From Octopus vulgaris (taxonomy: Eukaryota), in the NCBI GenBank assembly GCA_951406725.2, contig OX597830.1, positions 11,346,001-11,410,000 of the forward strand: a DNA stretch of 64,000 nt. Direction: 5' to 3'. Shown here one piece after another: positions 1 through 13,700 of the stretch. Under the pieces are notes generated by a model. It saw only the letters and a program-made list of their open reading frames with translations. It did not search any database and was not told where the DNA came from. Position numbers and translations under genes: made by a program. Positions within the stretch are counted from its first letter, which is position 1; every line of letters begins with the position of its first letter.

Positions 1-149
1 GAAAAAACTTCAAAATTAATATACATCAACTATATAAATGTGAGTGTATGTGTATTTGGTCCCAAAAGGCTCTAAAACGGTGCAACTTTGAGAAAAATGA
101 ATGTGATTTTTGAAATCTGTATCCCAAAGAGAAGGTCATCCATAAATAA

Positions 150-360
150 TAATCCTTTCTACTATAAGCACAAGGCCTGAAATTGTGGGGCAGGGGACTA
201 GTCGATTACATTGACCCCAGTGTTTCACTGGTACTTATTTCACTGACTCCAAAAATATGAAAGTCAACCATGGTGGAATTTGAACTCAGAATGTAAAGAC
301 ATACGAAATGCCACTAGCATTTTGCCTGGTGTGCTAATGATTCTGCCAGCTCGCTGCCTT
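150..360 (-). mobile_element. tRNA-derived SINE, family C (older variant)
   Basis: Reverse complement has GGCAGCGAGCTGGCAGAATCATTAG...GAGTTCAAATTCC head and GGGGTCAATG..ATCGACT body. Confidence 0.7.
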
Positions 361-462
361 AATCCATAAATAATAATAAAAAATATAATTTGCTGCAAGA
401 AATAGCACAACTTTTAGATCAACGACTCCCCTACTCCTTATCAGTCACTGTCAATCTCTCTC

Positions 463-751
463 CATCATCATCATCATCATTTAACGTTCGTTCTCCATGC
501 TAGCATGGGTTGGATGGTTCGACCGGGATCTGGGAAGCCAGGAGGCTGCACCAGACTCCAATCTTGATCTGGCAGAGTTTCTACAGCTGGATGCCCTTCC
601 TAACGCCAACCACTCCGTGAGTGTAGTGGGTGCTTTTTATGTGCCACCGGCACGGAAGCCAGTCAAGGCGGCACTGGCATCGGCCACGTTCGGATGGTGC
701 TTTTTACGTGCCACTGGCACAGGGATCATAACTACAATTTCCATTGATTTT
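463..751 (-). mobile_element. RTE-LINE 3' end (family A)
   Basis: (CAT)n tail, CCATGCTAGCATGG palindrome, GGATGCCCTTCCTAACGCCAACC block. About 22 copies in window: 463-,3041+,6727+,8145+,15275-,20620-,21410+,21876+,23695+,30070+,31043+,34838-,35708-,36933+,37710+,39277+,44496+,53163+,56798+,58340+,60219-,60881+. Confidence 0.85.
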
Positions 752-1576
752 TAGGTATATATATATCACACACACACACTCTCTCTCTCTCTGTATATGC
801 ATTAACTCTTATGCATGGCTTCATTTTGTCTAAAGCTTTTTATGTTCACTTTCATTTTATCACAACTATCACATAACAATTTTGTTTTCTGATTGGGTAA
901 AAATAATCAAACTTTAAAACGCTGTAACATTTTTCTAAAATATTTCAGGAATAAATGAATTCCAAACTCAGATGCAGCATGAAAAAGTTTGTCAATTTAA
1001 CAAATTTGAAAATTTTCACATGATTAAAAAAATTTTTAATCTCTGACAGCAATAAAAAAGATCTCTTTCTCTCTGTCTATCTCTTTCATTTTCTAATGGT
1101 AAACTCTCCCCATCTCTCTCTATATTTACTACACTCTCTTTCATATTCTATGTTCATGCTAAGTGTGTGTGGATGCATTAGGGTAACAGGTAATTGAGAG
1201 GGAGGTTTGAAAAAAATCCATAAATTTTCAAAAAATCTTTTTTTTTTCTTTTTTACAAAAAAGGCATCTCCAATTGTTTTTAAGTGTTTAGTGCAAAACA
1301 AAAAGAAAATAAATTGGACAAAATTGGTCTAGAATGATGGGGATGTCATAAATTTTCAAAAATTTGAAAAATCCCAATCAAAATGAAGAAAATCGAACTT
1401 ATGAGGATGAGCTATTCCGAAAGCGAGGAAAGGCATTCTACTGTGAAAATTGCCCGGCAATGACAGGATACTCAGCTAATTTCAAATATAAGCAAATTGA
1501 GAAAGGAATTCCATTCTACATTTACCATGTTCCTACAAACACATGGCAACAGTTGAAGTGAAACAGATGAACTAAC

Positions 1577-1815
1577 CTGAGAAAATTTCCATTGGCCAAC
1601 TGCGTCATGGAAACTCAACTGTTTCCACTTCTCATAGATTTCTGGGAAAGTATTGTAAAGGTAACATTGGATCGGATAAATAATTTGATGCATGTAATCT
1701 TGCAGCTTATAGCAAGGTTTGTACAATTCTGTTTTGACGTCCTCTTTGATGCAATTGCTCAGAAAACCAATCTTAAACAAATCAAGGAAGTGTTGGATAT
1801 ATTTTCTCTTCTCAG
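1577..1815 (-). CDS. NOV-like exon 23 (gene continues left of window)
   Basis: ttttag|CT GAG...TCT CAG|gttagt; EKRKYIQHFLDLF...IYPIQCYLY, phase 1/0. Confidence 0.85.
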
Positions 1816-4800
1816 CTAAAAAAAAAAAAAACAATACAAAAACAAATACAAACTAAATGTAATTAACGTGAAAGTATAGAAATGCATTTTAGTCATATTG
1901 TTAAAGGGTCTCCATGACTCATAGAGCAACAGAACTTGGGTTAGCAACTATAAAACAGACATAAGCTATGTATAAAAGGTTAACTTGTCCTTGCTAAAAA
2001 GCAATAGAAAAATACTGAACTTAATTTAATAGTCTGCAAGTTTTTCAAATAGTGTAATTTTTTTCAAATATTGCAATCATTCAAACAAGCACAAACTCGG
2101 TTGTGTGGTTAAGAAGGTGGCGAGCTGGCAGAAACGTTAGCACGCCGGGCAAAATGCGTAGCCGTATTTCGTCTGGCATTATGTTCTGAGTTCAAATTCC
2201 GCCGAGGTCGACTTTGCCTTTCATCCTTTCAGGGTCGATAAATTAAGTACCAGGTACACACTGGGGTCGATGTAATCGACTTAATTCGTTTCTCTGTCCT
2301 TGTTTAGCCCCTTGTGGGCAATAAAGAAATGGGTTAAGAAGTTTGCTTCCCAACTACATAGTTCTGGCAACTTGGGCAATTGTCTTCTACTGTAGTCAGA
2401 CTGACCTAAGCTTAGTGAGTGGATTTGGTAGATGGAAACTGAAAGAAGCCTGTTGTAGATGGATGTGTCTCCTTGTCTTGACATAACATAACAGTTGTAA
2501 ATGAACGGCACTGTCTTGCAAGCAAAACCATTCATATCCTTTATTCTGTGAAAACATGTCTGGCCATGAGGAAATATTACCTTGCATGGAAAGAGGTGAG
2601 GTTTGGCAGTAAGGAGAGCATCGGACCACAGAAAATTTGCCTTGATTAATTCTGTCCAACCCAGGCAAGCATGGAAAAATGGATGTTAAAATGATGATGC
2701 TGATGCAATCATTCAAACAGATTATGAATATATCCACCCAGTCATTCCTTCTACCTTTGAGATATTATGGACATTAATCCACTACATTATACTAATAAAA
2801 GAATGAAAGGTGTAGCCATGAAAAGTCGTTAACTGATGTAACTTAAAAAATAAATTTTATATAAATTATTGTAAGAGGCATAACAGTCAAATCATTAATC
2901 TGTTCCACAGTAAACTACTGAATCACAACTACCACAAACTTTGGTCTGGTGTTCATTATACTCAAAGCTTCGATACTATTAAGTTTAAGATTTTGTGGCC
3001 ATGACTTCATTCAAGCTGAGATATTTCAAGTTGGCCCATAAAAAGCAACCACTACACTCTCGGAGTGGTTGGCGTTAGGAAGGGCATCCAGCTGTAGAAA
3101 CTCTGCCAGATCAAGATTGAAGCCTGGTGCAGCCATCTGGTTCGTCAGCCCTCAGTCAAAATCGTCCAACCCATGCTAGCATGGAAAGCGGATGTTAAAC
3201 GATAATGATGATGATGATGATCTAAATTGAAGATGAGCATCATCTTTGCTCAGTTGTCCTTTGCACATATATATTTCTTTACTACCCACAAGGGGCTAAA
3301 CACAGAGGGGACGAACAATGACAGACAAACGGAATAAATCAATTACATCGACCCCAGTGCATAACTGGTACTTAATTTATAAACCCCGAAAGGATGAAAG
3401 GCAAAGTCGACCTCGGCGGAATTTGAACTCAGAACGTAATGCCAGACGAAATACGGCTACACATTTCGCCCGGCGTGCTAACGTTTCTGCCAGCTCGCCG
3501 CTACATATAATGTAGATGGCAAAACCACCAAACACATGTAACTAATATCTAAATTCTGACAAGACCTTTCAGATTAACAGATTTGCAGAATGGACCAATC
3601 TTATCCTGGTACTGATGCTTTCAGTGGTATGGTTTTGGGCCTTCAGTTTTATTAAACTGAGTGGATGTGAAATTACACAAACATTGCCGATTTGTATTCA
3701 AGCAGAAAGCATGATATTCAACAGGATATCAAATAGTTCCAGATGTTTCTTCCATATCCATTAAATGCCTACAATAACACCAGAGTGTCTAACCATACAG
3801 CGGTGCATTGCATTTCAGCAAAGTACTTATATATAGAAATGGGAAATGGGATTCTAAGAGTTTTTGCCAAACTCTCAGCACGTCACACATCAGCTATTTG
3901 AAAACTCACCGGTAATTTTCCTTTTTTTCTTGTTGACAGTTTCATATTCCAAATCAATGAAGTTGAGTTCATCCTTAAACATTTTCTCATACACCTTGTT
4001 GTCTGCAATAACTGGAAAATCTTGTAAACTGACCAGTTTATTTTTCACAGTTGGAAATATATTTTCACCTTGGAGTATTTCAAAAAGTTTTCTTTTCTGC
4101 TGTTCTATCATTTCGAAGAGATCTTGTTTCTTCGACATATTACATATTTGTATTTTCTCTCCTATCAAAAAGAATAGTTCCTTCATGTTTTGCAAACCAT
4201 CTTCATCCAAGTATGATAAAACTTGAATAAGCTCCCCATAATCTTGCAGAAGGGGGTATCTAGATATCCGAACTGTATCACAGAAAAACTCTTCTAAGTT
4301 CTGGTAGAAATTTTGAATCCCACTTTTCAGACTACAGTTTTTCTTGTATGATTTCAGCAAATCCATGTGTTTCTCAATTAATCCTGTGCTGTCATTCCAC
4401 CAGATTTCTTCTCTTTTGTACATTTGGCCCACCACATAGTCACATTTTAAGTTGCTATTACTACTGGGTACAAAGATCACAGGTTTATGTTTGAAAATAT
4501 TCTTTACTTCATCATTGGTGAGGTGTTTGGACAAATAGGTGTAAATAGAGTTCATATGTTTCAGTGATCCACAGAATTCAACTTTGTCAGAGTCATTGGT
4601 ACGTTCTCCCCACTTGATAAGAATATCGCTAATGTGTTGGGGATTGGTACTAGTCTTAATCCCGAGGAACTTACAGAAAGAGGCACAAATTAATTTAATC
4701 CTTGAATAAGAAACAGCATGACCAAGCAAGTACTTTAGATTATCTGAGTTCAGATACAAGCTGTCAGACACCTGCTCAGAAGATTTCTTGCTAACTTTTA

Positions 4801-7652
4801 CAGTGCCATTGTTGTTTTCAAGTTTCAATTCTTCTGCTGGTAACCAAGGTAATGTTTGTAAATTTATAGCAAAAGAGGTAGGTATTTCTTTGAGGATATG
4901 GCCATCACTTGACTCGAGTGTTGTTGTGATATATTTCGAATATTCAGCATCCCAAAGCCCATCAATTATCTGGCAGAGAACATCCATCTGTTTGGAGAAT
5001 GTTTCCATGTTTCTATTCTGATTTACTAAGGATTCAAATTCCTGGCATGCAAAATCAGCAACGACATAATCACCAGAATTGGCTGGCCAAGTTTCATATA
5101 ATGGTTTCCATGGCAACTGATCCTAAAAGACAACAAATATTTATAAGGTTAATGATTTATTGCAACACTGAAAAGTAGTTACAAATGCTTACAGTGAGTA
5201 CCATTACTATTGTGATATTTTTTCATTTTTGTAAAAATAAATTGTAACAAAAGCTAACATATATATCTGTCTACGTAAACAAGTATCATTTTTCTGAATA
5301 TCTGTCGATTCCTTTTCTATTAACTATTTTTGCTTTTCATTATATTTTATTTTGTTCTAAATTATCTGGCACACTATGCAGTTTCTTGTGAAGGGGTGTA
5401 AAATACAGATTCATACTGAAGTAGTTAAAATATAGTTCTATATGGAAATGGTTAAAATATAGTAACCACAGGAAAGAACTTAAACATAGTTTTAAAGAGA
5501 TGTAGCAAAATATGATTTCATAGAGGTGGATAAAATATAGCTCTACATCAATGTGCTAAAAAAACAAAAATTCATCTTAAAGTAGTTAAAACAGAGAGTT
5601 TCATACAGAATTTCTTAAAATTTCTGTGTGAAAAGTCTGGCTGCATCCGAAAAAATATATATTATGAAACAAAAATAAACACAAAATTTATTACACGAAT
5701 CTGTTACCACCATGACAGTCAACTATTTGATGCCAAACACGAGTTTGATGTTGGATACATCCACGAATTTTCCGCTCAGATAGCTCTTCCCAAGACTATT
5801 GCCAGTCTATCTCTCTCACTAATTTGTTCACCTCGCCTGCGAGCCATCTAAAGTTAATAATGATTCTGCTAATTTCACGTGTAAACATGTGTTGAATAGA
5901 ACTCACTGAATAAATCTTAATTAACTGTGTTGTCAATTGTATGCACCTGACATATGCTAACGTGTATGCAGCCAGACTTTTCACACAGAGGATACTTTTA
6001 AAGAGAAGTAGTAAAAATACCATTTGATAAGGATAGTTTGATAGAGAATTAGTAAAAAGTGAAAATACATTTTTCAAGGGAAGTAGTTAAACATAAGTTT
6101 CTTGAAGTTACTAGAGATAAATCCAGAAGGATGACTGCAAATGGAAATTCCGTAACAGAAAAGGGTTTGGTTCTGTGTGGACTTTAAAAAGGAAATAGTG
6201 GAGCTTCTGAGGAGTCTAACAATTTTATTTACAACTGCTTAGCACTCTCCCTCTGTAATTTACTTAGAGTAAGCTGCCGCACAGCGCTGCCAGTCACCGT
6301 ATGGCAACTGGGAAAACAAGAGAACCAGTCTCTTCAATCAGCTTGCAACACCGCCTGCCTGGTGTCCGTGACTGAAGAGGAAATAATTACTCCAAAATGC
6401 TTCCATCTCGCAGTCTTGGTAGGTGGTGCTGCAAGCTACACACGACAAAATGCAGTGAGCAGCTTCTTCACCGGTTTGGATGTGCCTCAAGCAGATTCGG
6501 ATTGATAACATAACAATACTTCTTTGTATTCCATCAACTCTTACAATGTCTCCCACCTACCTTTTTGTTTTGTTTGGGAAGCTGCTTCTTTCAACCTTTT
6601 CTCTCCAATTCTTAGATTCTTCCTCATTTATCGTATGCCCAATGCTTCTGGACCTTTTTACATTACCTCTTCCTAGGTCTTCCCCTTTCACTTTTCACAT
6701 CACTTATTCCATTTCAATTCCGTTATCACGTAAAAAGCACCATCCGATCGTGGCCGTTGCCAGCCTCGCCTGGCCCCCGTGCCGGTGGCACGTAAAAAGC
6801 ACCATCCGTCCGTGGCCGTTTGCCAGCTCCATCTGGCACCTGTGCGGGTGGCACGTAAAAAGCACCCACTACACTCATGGAGTGGTTGGCGTTAGGAAGA
6901 GCATCCAGCCGTAGAAACACTGCCAGATCAGACTGGGCCTGATGCAGCCTTCTGGCTTCACAAACCCCAGTTGAACCGTCCAACCCATGCTAGCATGGAA
7001 AGCGGACGTTAAATGATGATGATGATGATGATGATGATTTACTTGCCAAAAGTCTAAGTCAAAAACCCCCACCTCCTTTCTTTTCTCAATCTCATATAAA
7101 GGGCAAGAGCAAGAAACAGATTATACACTCTTTGCAACCAGTTAACTAAGCAAATTTTCCTATGGACTTTCTAATCAAACAAACAAACAAATAAAGAGAA
7201 ATACCACTGACTTTATTGTCCTGATTGATCTTTATTGTGGTCTCTGTGATGCTGAGCAAGTCAGTGACCTTCAGTTTGCCGAAAAATTCATGCCAGGATA
7301 GTTTTTCAGATTTCTGAGTGGCTCCTTGCAAGTAAACATCAGTAAGAAGGACCCAATCATAACCTACAAAAGAAATATATTTAGAGACTAAACTGCTTAC
7401 ATTGAGAGGTCAGACAGACATATGTATATTTATGGGATTGTGCAAATGTAGCTAAAATTATATGCATTTATTTATACAACATAAACATAGGCGTAGGAGT
7501 GGCTGTGTGGTAAGTAGCTTGCTTACGAACCACATGGTTCCGGGTTCAGGCCCACTGCGTGGAACCTTGGGTAAGCGTCTTCTACTAGCCTCAGGCCGAC
7601 CAAAGCCTTGTGAGTGGATTTGGTAGACGGAAACTGAAAGAAGCCTGTCATA

Positions 7653-7701
<49 letters not shown>

Positions 7702-10700
7702 GAGTGTATATGTTTGTGTGTCTGTGTTTGTCCCCCCAACATCGCTTGACAACCGATGCTGGTGTGTTTACACCCCCGTAACTTAGCAGTTTGGCAAAAA
7801 ACAGACCGATAAAATAAGTACTAGGCTTACAAAGAATAAGTCCTGGGGTCGATTTGATCGATTAAAGGTGGTGCTCCAGCATGGCCACAGTCACATGACT
7901 GAGACAAGTCAAAGAGTAAAAGAGTATACATATACACAGACTGAATCAGGCATACAAGATGCCACCCTTCCCATGCATGCATGAAAATTTTTGCATTGGT
8001 TGACAGAATCGGTTCCCAGGTGTTCCACCTAGAATACAGACATGTAATGCGTACTCACTGGATTTTCATTTTCACGCAAGATAATGCATCGAGCAGAGAC
8101 CACAAACCCATGTCTCATCACCTGTGCTGATGGTCTTCATGAACTCTGACTGGCACCTGTGTTGGTGGCACATAAAAATCACCATTCGAGCATTGGGTCT
8201 AATGGAGGTAGTGACAGGTGACCAAGAACTTTGATGACATTCTGCTTGTATAGACTTGTCAAGCCAAGTGAGACCATAGTCATGGCTGACGTTGGTATCG
8301 GGTCAATGGTACCCATGCCAGTGCCATGCAAAAACAACCACTACACTCTCGGAGTGGTTGGCATTAGGAAGGGCATCCAGCTGTATAAAAACCTTACCAA
8401 ATCAGATCGGAACCTGGTACAGCTCCCTGACTTACCGGTTTTCAGTCAAACCGTCCGACCCATGCCAGTGGAGAAAACGGACATTAAATGATGAAGATGC
8501 TGAGAGGAGGAAGAGCAGCACCAATGACAGAGATGAAAGAACATTGAGGCTGGTGGGAGAAACAAAAGAAGTTATCCACAGACTGGAATCTTAGTCTAGA
8601 TTACAACAGAGTAGATTCCAGTAACAAAAAGATAATGGCTAGGTATTTGTGTTAAAGTGGACAATTTATCAGGTTTATTGTTCAAGGCGCAGGAATGGCT
8701 GTGTGGTAAGTAGCTTGCTTACTAACCACATAGTTCCGGGTTCAGTCCCACTGCGTGGCATCTTGGGCAAGTGTCTTCTGCTATAGCCCCGGGCCGACCA
8801 ATGCCTTGTGAGTGGATTTGGTAGACGGAAGCTGAAAGAAGCCTGTCATATATATGTATATATATATATAAGTGTGAGTGTATATGTTTGTGTGTCTGTA
8901 TTTGTCCCCCTAGCATTGCTTGACAACCGATGCTGGTGTGTTTACGTCCCCGTCACTTAGCGGTTCGGCAAAAGAGACCGATAGAATAAGTACTGGGCTT
9001 ACAAAGAATAAGTCCCGGGGTCGATTTGCTCGACTAAAGGCGGTGCTCCAGCATGGTCGCAGTCAAATGACTGAAACAAGTAAAAGAGTAAAAGAGTAAG
9101 AGTAAAGAATAGGTTCAGTCTATCTAATGAGTTTTTACAGTCTCAGTCTTTTAATTTTTTCTCACAAGACTTTGGTTGACTTGCCCAAGGTTCTGTACAA
9201 TGGGAGTAACATAAAAAGAAAGGGTTGCAAAGTGAACTTCTTCAGCACAGAGCTGTATCCCCTCAACCCTTGAGTAACTTGTCACCAACAGTTTCTCTAG
9301 ATGTATGCAAGAAAAATACTAGTGTTATAAAAATGATGCAAGCTGAGGAAAAAAAAAAACTGAGTCGATAAAGGAAGATATCATAGTAAACAACTTAGAA
9401 AAACCTAGTACGGATAGACTGTGTGAATTTTAGATGACTGTATTTTAGATTTGTGAAACTCCAGGAAACAAATGCAGAACTGGAGGTTGCAAAGATAATG
9501 GATGACAATTATGATGTAGCGAAGCAAAAGTTCTTACCTGGAAGTTCTTTACTTAAGTTGATCTTATTGCCATAAGATGGAGTAAAATGAATGGCAACTT
9601 GGTCTGGACAGAGCATACCTTTGTTTGTCTTCAGGGGAACAACAGAAGACAAGCCAGAAAAGACAAAGGAATTTGGATCTCTGTCATACTGGTATTTCAT
9701 GAACATCACATAGTTCACCAAAACTGATTCACTCTTCAACTGAATAAATAAACAAATAAATAAATAAATACATTGACTGATACACATGGACACACAGACA
9801 CAAAGTAAATAAACAGCTCACAGGTTAGATGGGGAAAGACAAAAATTCAATTAAAAAAAGGGATTCAATGTTACAAAAGAGTAAATACAGTTTTATATAA
9901 CTAAATATGTTGCAGTTGTACAATTATGCTGTGTCTGGGAAGAGTCATATTGTCGTAATGCCTTATTATCTAACACACTCACTGGTTTGATTTCCACTCA
10001 TTTGTTTTATATATATATATATATATTTTAAATATAAAAAATAAGAATATTAAAAAAATAAGAATAATGAGTGGCAATCAAACTGGTGTGTTAGATAATA
10101 AGGCATTAAGACAATATGACTCTCTACCCTTACACAAAACAAAATTTGTTTCAACACACAAATTCACATAAAGAATCTTGCAAACCAGATTCAAAAGTGA
10201 AGCTGCACAGTTGTTTTAATTAATGTTGATGCATTTTCTCAAAGCTAAAATTTTACAAAAAATTATATAAAAGAATGACCTGTGGGAAAATTATGTTGTA
10301 ATTATTAACGTAATATTCATGGTTGGAAGTACCTAAAGTTAATAATATCATGAAATGTACTGAGCATGTCATGCGAGTTACCCTGTTGGGAAACTCACTA
10401 ACTACTATCGTCTGCTGCTACATCTCACCCAATGAACTACCAGAAATAGAAATTTGGCAATCCCATCAAGAACCATCTGTCCTAATTGATGCAGTCTCAG
10501 TACACAACTGTCTCTTAATTGGTGAAGATTTTGATGCTCAATTAGTGCTTACCAATTCACTCTTCACTTTCCACAAAAATACCAACAGAAATGGCTAGCA
10601 CATAAAGAACTTTATGGAACAGTACAGTGTTGTTACTATAAAATTGCAGACCCACAGATACGGAAAAAGACACCGAATATATTATCATCTCTGTGGCAGC

Positions 10701-13700
10701 AAGGCTCAATGGACAACATCCTAGCTGGAAAAAAGTGGATTAATAGCATCAAAAATTCAGATACATACAACTCCTTTGGTTGAGTTAAATCTGATCAGAG
10801 AATGGTTTCATGCAAATGCTGCATAAGTTACTGTGAGAACAAAGTTTCAACAAGAGATCTTATGAGTCAAATTGACTGGAGAAAAGTAGCAGATGATGTT
10901 AGCTTTTGCAAGGAATTTACAATTTCAGTACTACACACTGGGTCCATCATTTTTTGTGACAAGCTTGAGGACAAGAACAGTTGTACTGCATTACACCTAA
11001 CCACAGAAAAGATATTAACCTTTGTTTCTAATGAGAAGCTAAAAGGAACCAGAGGGGAAATTAATATAGCAACAAAGAAGCAGCCATCTAGGTCTACTGG
11101 CAATACTAAAAGGGACCTCAGTTCAGTTAAAACTGCATTTGATGAAACACATAATGAGACAGGACAACTTCTGTAGTGAGTACAAGCCTCCTGCTGCCTG
11201 GGAAGCTCTACAGAAACCTATCAATAAGAAAGCTTCCTAAATAATCTGCACTAAAGAGGAATTCATGGATCAGTATCTGGATATCTGGTTTCAACACTTC
11301 ACATTGATTTTTGGTAAAATAGTTATGCAACACTGAACTTTTCAATGATCTTTTCTTCAACCACAAAGCAGATCCAGGCCAGCTGACTTATTATAGAAGA
11401 GGGTCACAAAAATCTCTGACAAGGTCAAGAAACAAGAAGACACCACGCCCAGATAAGATCCTGGTCCTCATCGAGAAAAGTCCACTTTTCTACAAATACC
11501 TGATGGACTATAATAAAGGAAAGAAACCAACAACCTTTTCAAAGTCTTCAACTATTTTGATTCCAAAGAAAAGCCTTCTTCCCCTACTTTAGCACACAGA
11601 AGAATCACACTCGCATCACTAGTCTAAAAGATATACAAATCTATTCTCTTTAATAGAAATGCCTCTCATATTGATTCCATCATATGACAGAACCAATATA
11701 GCAGAAGCTAGTTTGATTCTGTCATATCAGCATAACCACAAATCAGCACTTCCACATATCCTTGCCCTGAGAGGAATCATACAGGAGTTCAGAATCTCTG
11801 AGCAAAAGGCATCAATTGTACAAGCAGTTTTCGCCAAGATATTTAATAATGCCAACAGAAGGACCGTGTTACATATCCTGTGGAATTACAACTGTCAAAG
11901 CTATTACTATCATGTATGGAAACTCATTGTGCTTTTTGCAGAGCATAGACATTCAACAGCAGGAATCCTTTAGAGACATTCTGATTCCTTTTCTCTGAGA
12001 TTGTTGAGGACTTTATCCTTAAGTAAAGTTTTGACTCCATCGAACATAAAATCCTCACTGTCAGCCAAAAGTGATCAAAATGTCAACGGGACTTTGCCTA
12101 TGATCTTGATCTCCATAGCTCATCAACTGTGTGGTGATGAGGAGGACATATTAACATTCCTTGAGAAGGCTGTAGCCAAAGTCATTCTGTTTCTCACTGC
12201 AAAGAAGAAGGAATTCATGACTCTTGATGAAGATGTACATCATATGCCAATTTGTTCCACTGATAACTGACACTCCATCAGTTACAACAATGGAGGTTCC
12301 AGTTGATCTGGCCAACAGAATAACCTGCTTGCGAAATTAGTGTGCACATGGATGAGCATTCCACAGACATGCATAACCTTAACACATAGTTCGCAGGGAA
12401 ATTCAGTGTGAAATTCAGAATGTGACAAGGCTGGCCTTCTGAAATAAGGTGCTACCCATTTTCGCCAGCTGAGTGGACTGGAGCAATAGAAAATAAAGTG
12501 TCTTGCTCAAGGACACAATATGGCAGGAATTGAACTCACAACCTTATGACTATGAGCCAAATACCCTAACCACTAGGTCACATGCTTTCTCTTGTTCTAA
12601 TGATAGTACACAACTCAATAGGGTCAGTGACCTCAAGTATTTTGGGTCCTATATTGCTGACAGTAAGCAAGACATTCTAACCTGAAATGGACAAGTTTGA
12701 AGTAACTGTAACTACCTGGCAATCAAATACTTCAAAGTCAACAAGGAATCAAATTTTGGATTGTGAAGATCACCATCATGGTATGTGTGAACAACTATAC
12801 CCTGAGGGTCATCTCAAAACATCTTCCATCTCTAATATTAACCCTTTAGCGTTCAAATTAATATGTCAAAAGTAATCTTTATTCATTTACATTTAAAAAA
12901 ATTAATCTGGTATTATCTTGAGGCTTCAAGATTTGAAAGATGTAATTGTTTATTTTTAAAATGACATTGCAGGGTAGGTGTGAGATGCTGGTTCTGGCCA
13001 GATTGAGCATAAAATGAGTAGAATATTTGGGCCGGATATAGCCGGTTTAAACACTAAAGGGTCAATGCAGATTAGGCTTTGCTGGCCACTGCTATCATAT
13101 CAGACCGTATCAGATATTATATTTTGGAGACTTACATATCCTTATAAAGGTTGAAGACCATTCAGTTATTCTGTTGTTATTGCCAGAGATACAAGACATG
13201 AAATTGATGACCAACAAAAGTTAATGGAAGAAGATAGAGACTCTTGGCATGACATTCTGAAATGCATCTTTGTTGCAGATGCTTAATGAGAGTTAGACAG
13301 GAGGGGGAGGAAACGAGAAACTCATCAGAAACATTGAACGGATTTATGCAAACTTCTAACAAAACACACACACACACACAATGTGCAAACAAGCATATGC
13401 AAAGACAAATACACACATGTGAATCAGTGTATGTCATCATCATCATCATTGTTCGACCGTGGTCGAGACAATGGAATTTACTATGTTACGCCAGACTTCA
13501 CGGTCCATCATGGCATTACGGAGGTCCTCTTGTTGGATGCCTGTATCCCTGGAGATTACATCAGGGTAGGAGAGTGTGCGCCCTCTGGTATCGCGAGTAG
13601 ATGGCTTCCAGAGGAGAAGAGTAGAAATTACCTCTTTTTCAGCTCTACAACAATGTCCAGCAAACTGGACTCTCCTACCTGTCACAAGAGATGACACAGG

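Noticed and set aside
497-754. Recurrent short ORFs (LQLDALPNANHS, FYVPPA, RRHLPKVPRSGTEP, poly-His, YIYI)
   Set aside because: Chance translations of family A/B repeats and (CAT)n or (TA)n tracts
3864-5021. Plus-strand ORFs 3864..4226 and 4788..5021
   Set aside because: Antisense shadows of the long exon with no recognisable motifs
6270-6560. Possible LINE zinc-knuckle fragment on the minus strand
   Set aside because: Only a weak EE..HCILSC resemblance; not enough support
7205-7211. Alternative donor for exon 21 (G|gtattt)
   Set aside because: It would give phase 1, incompatible with the phase-0 start of exon 22
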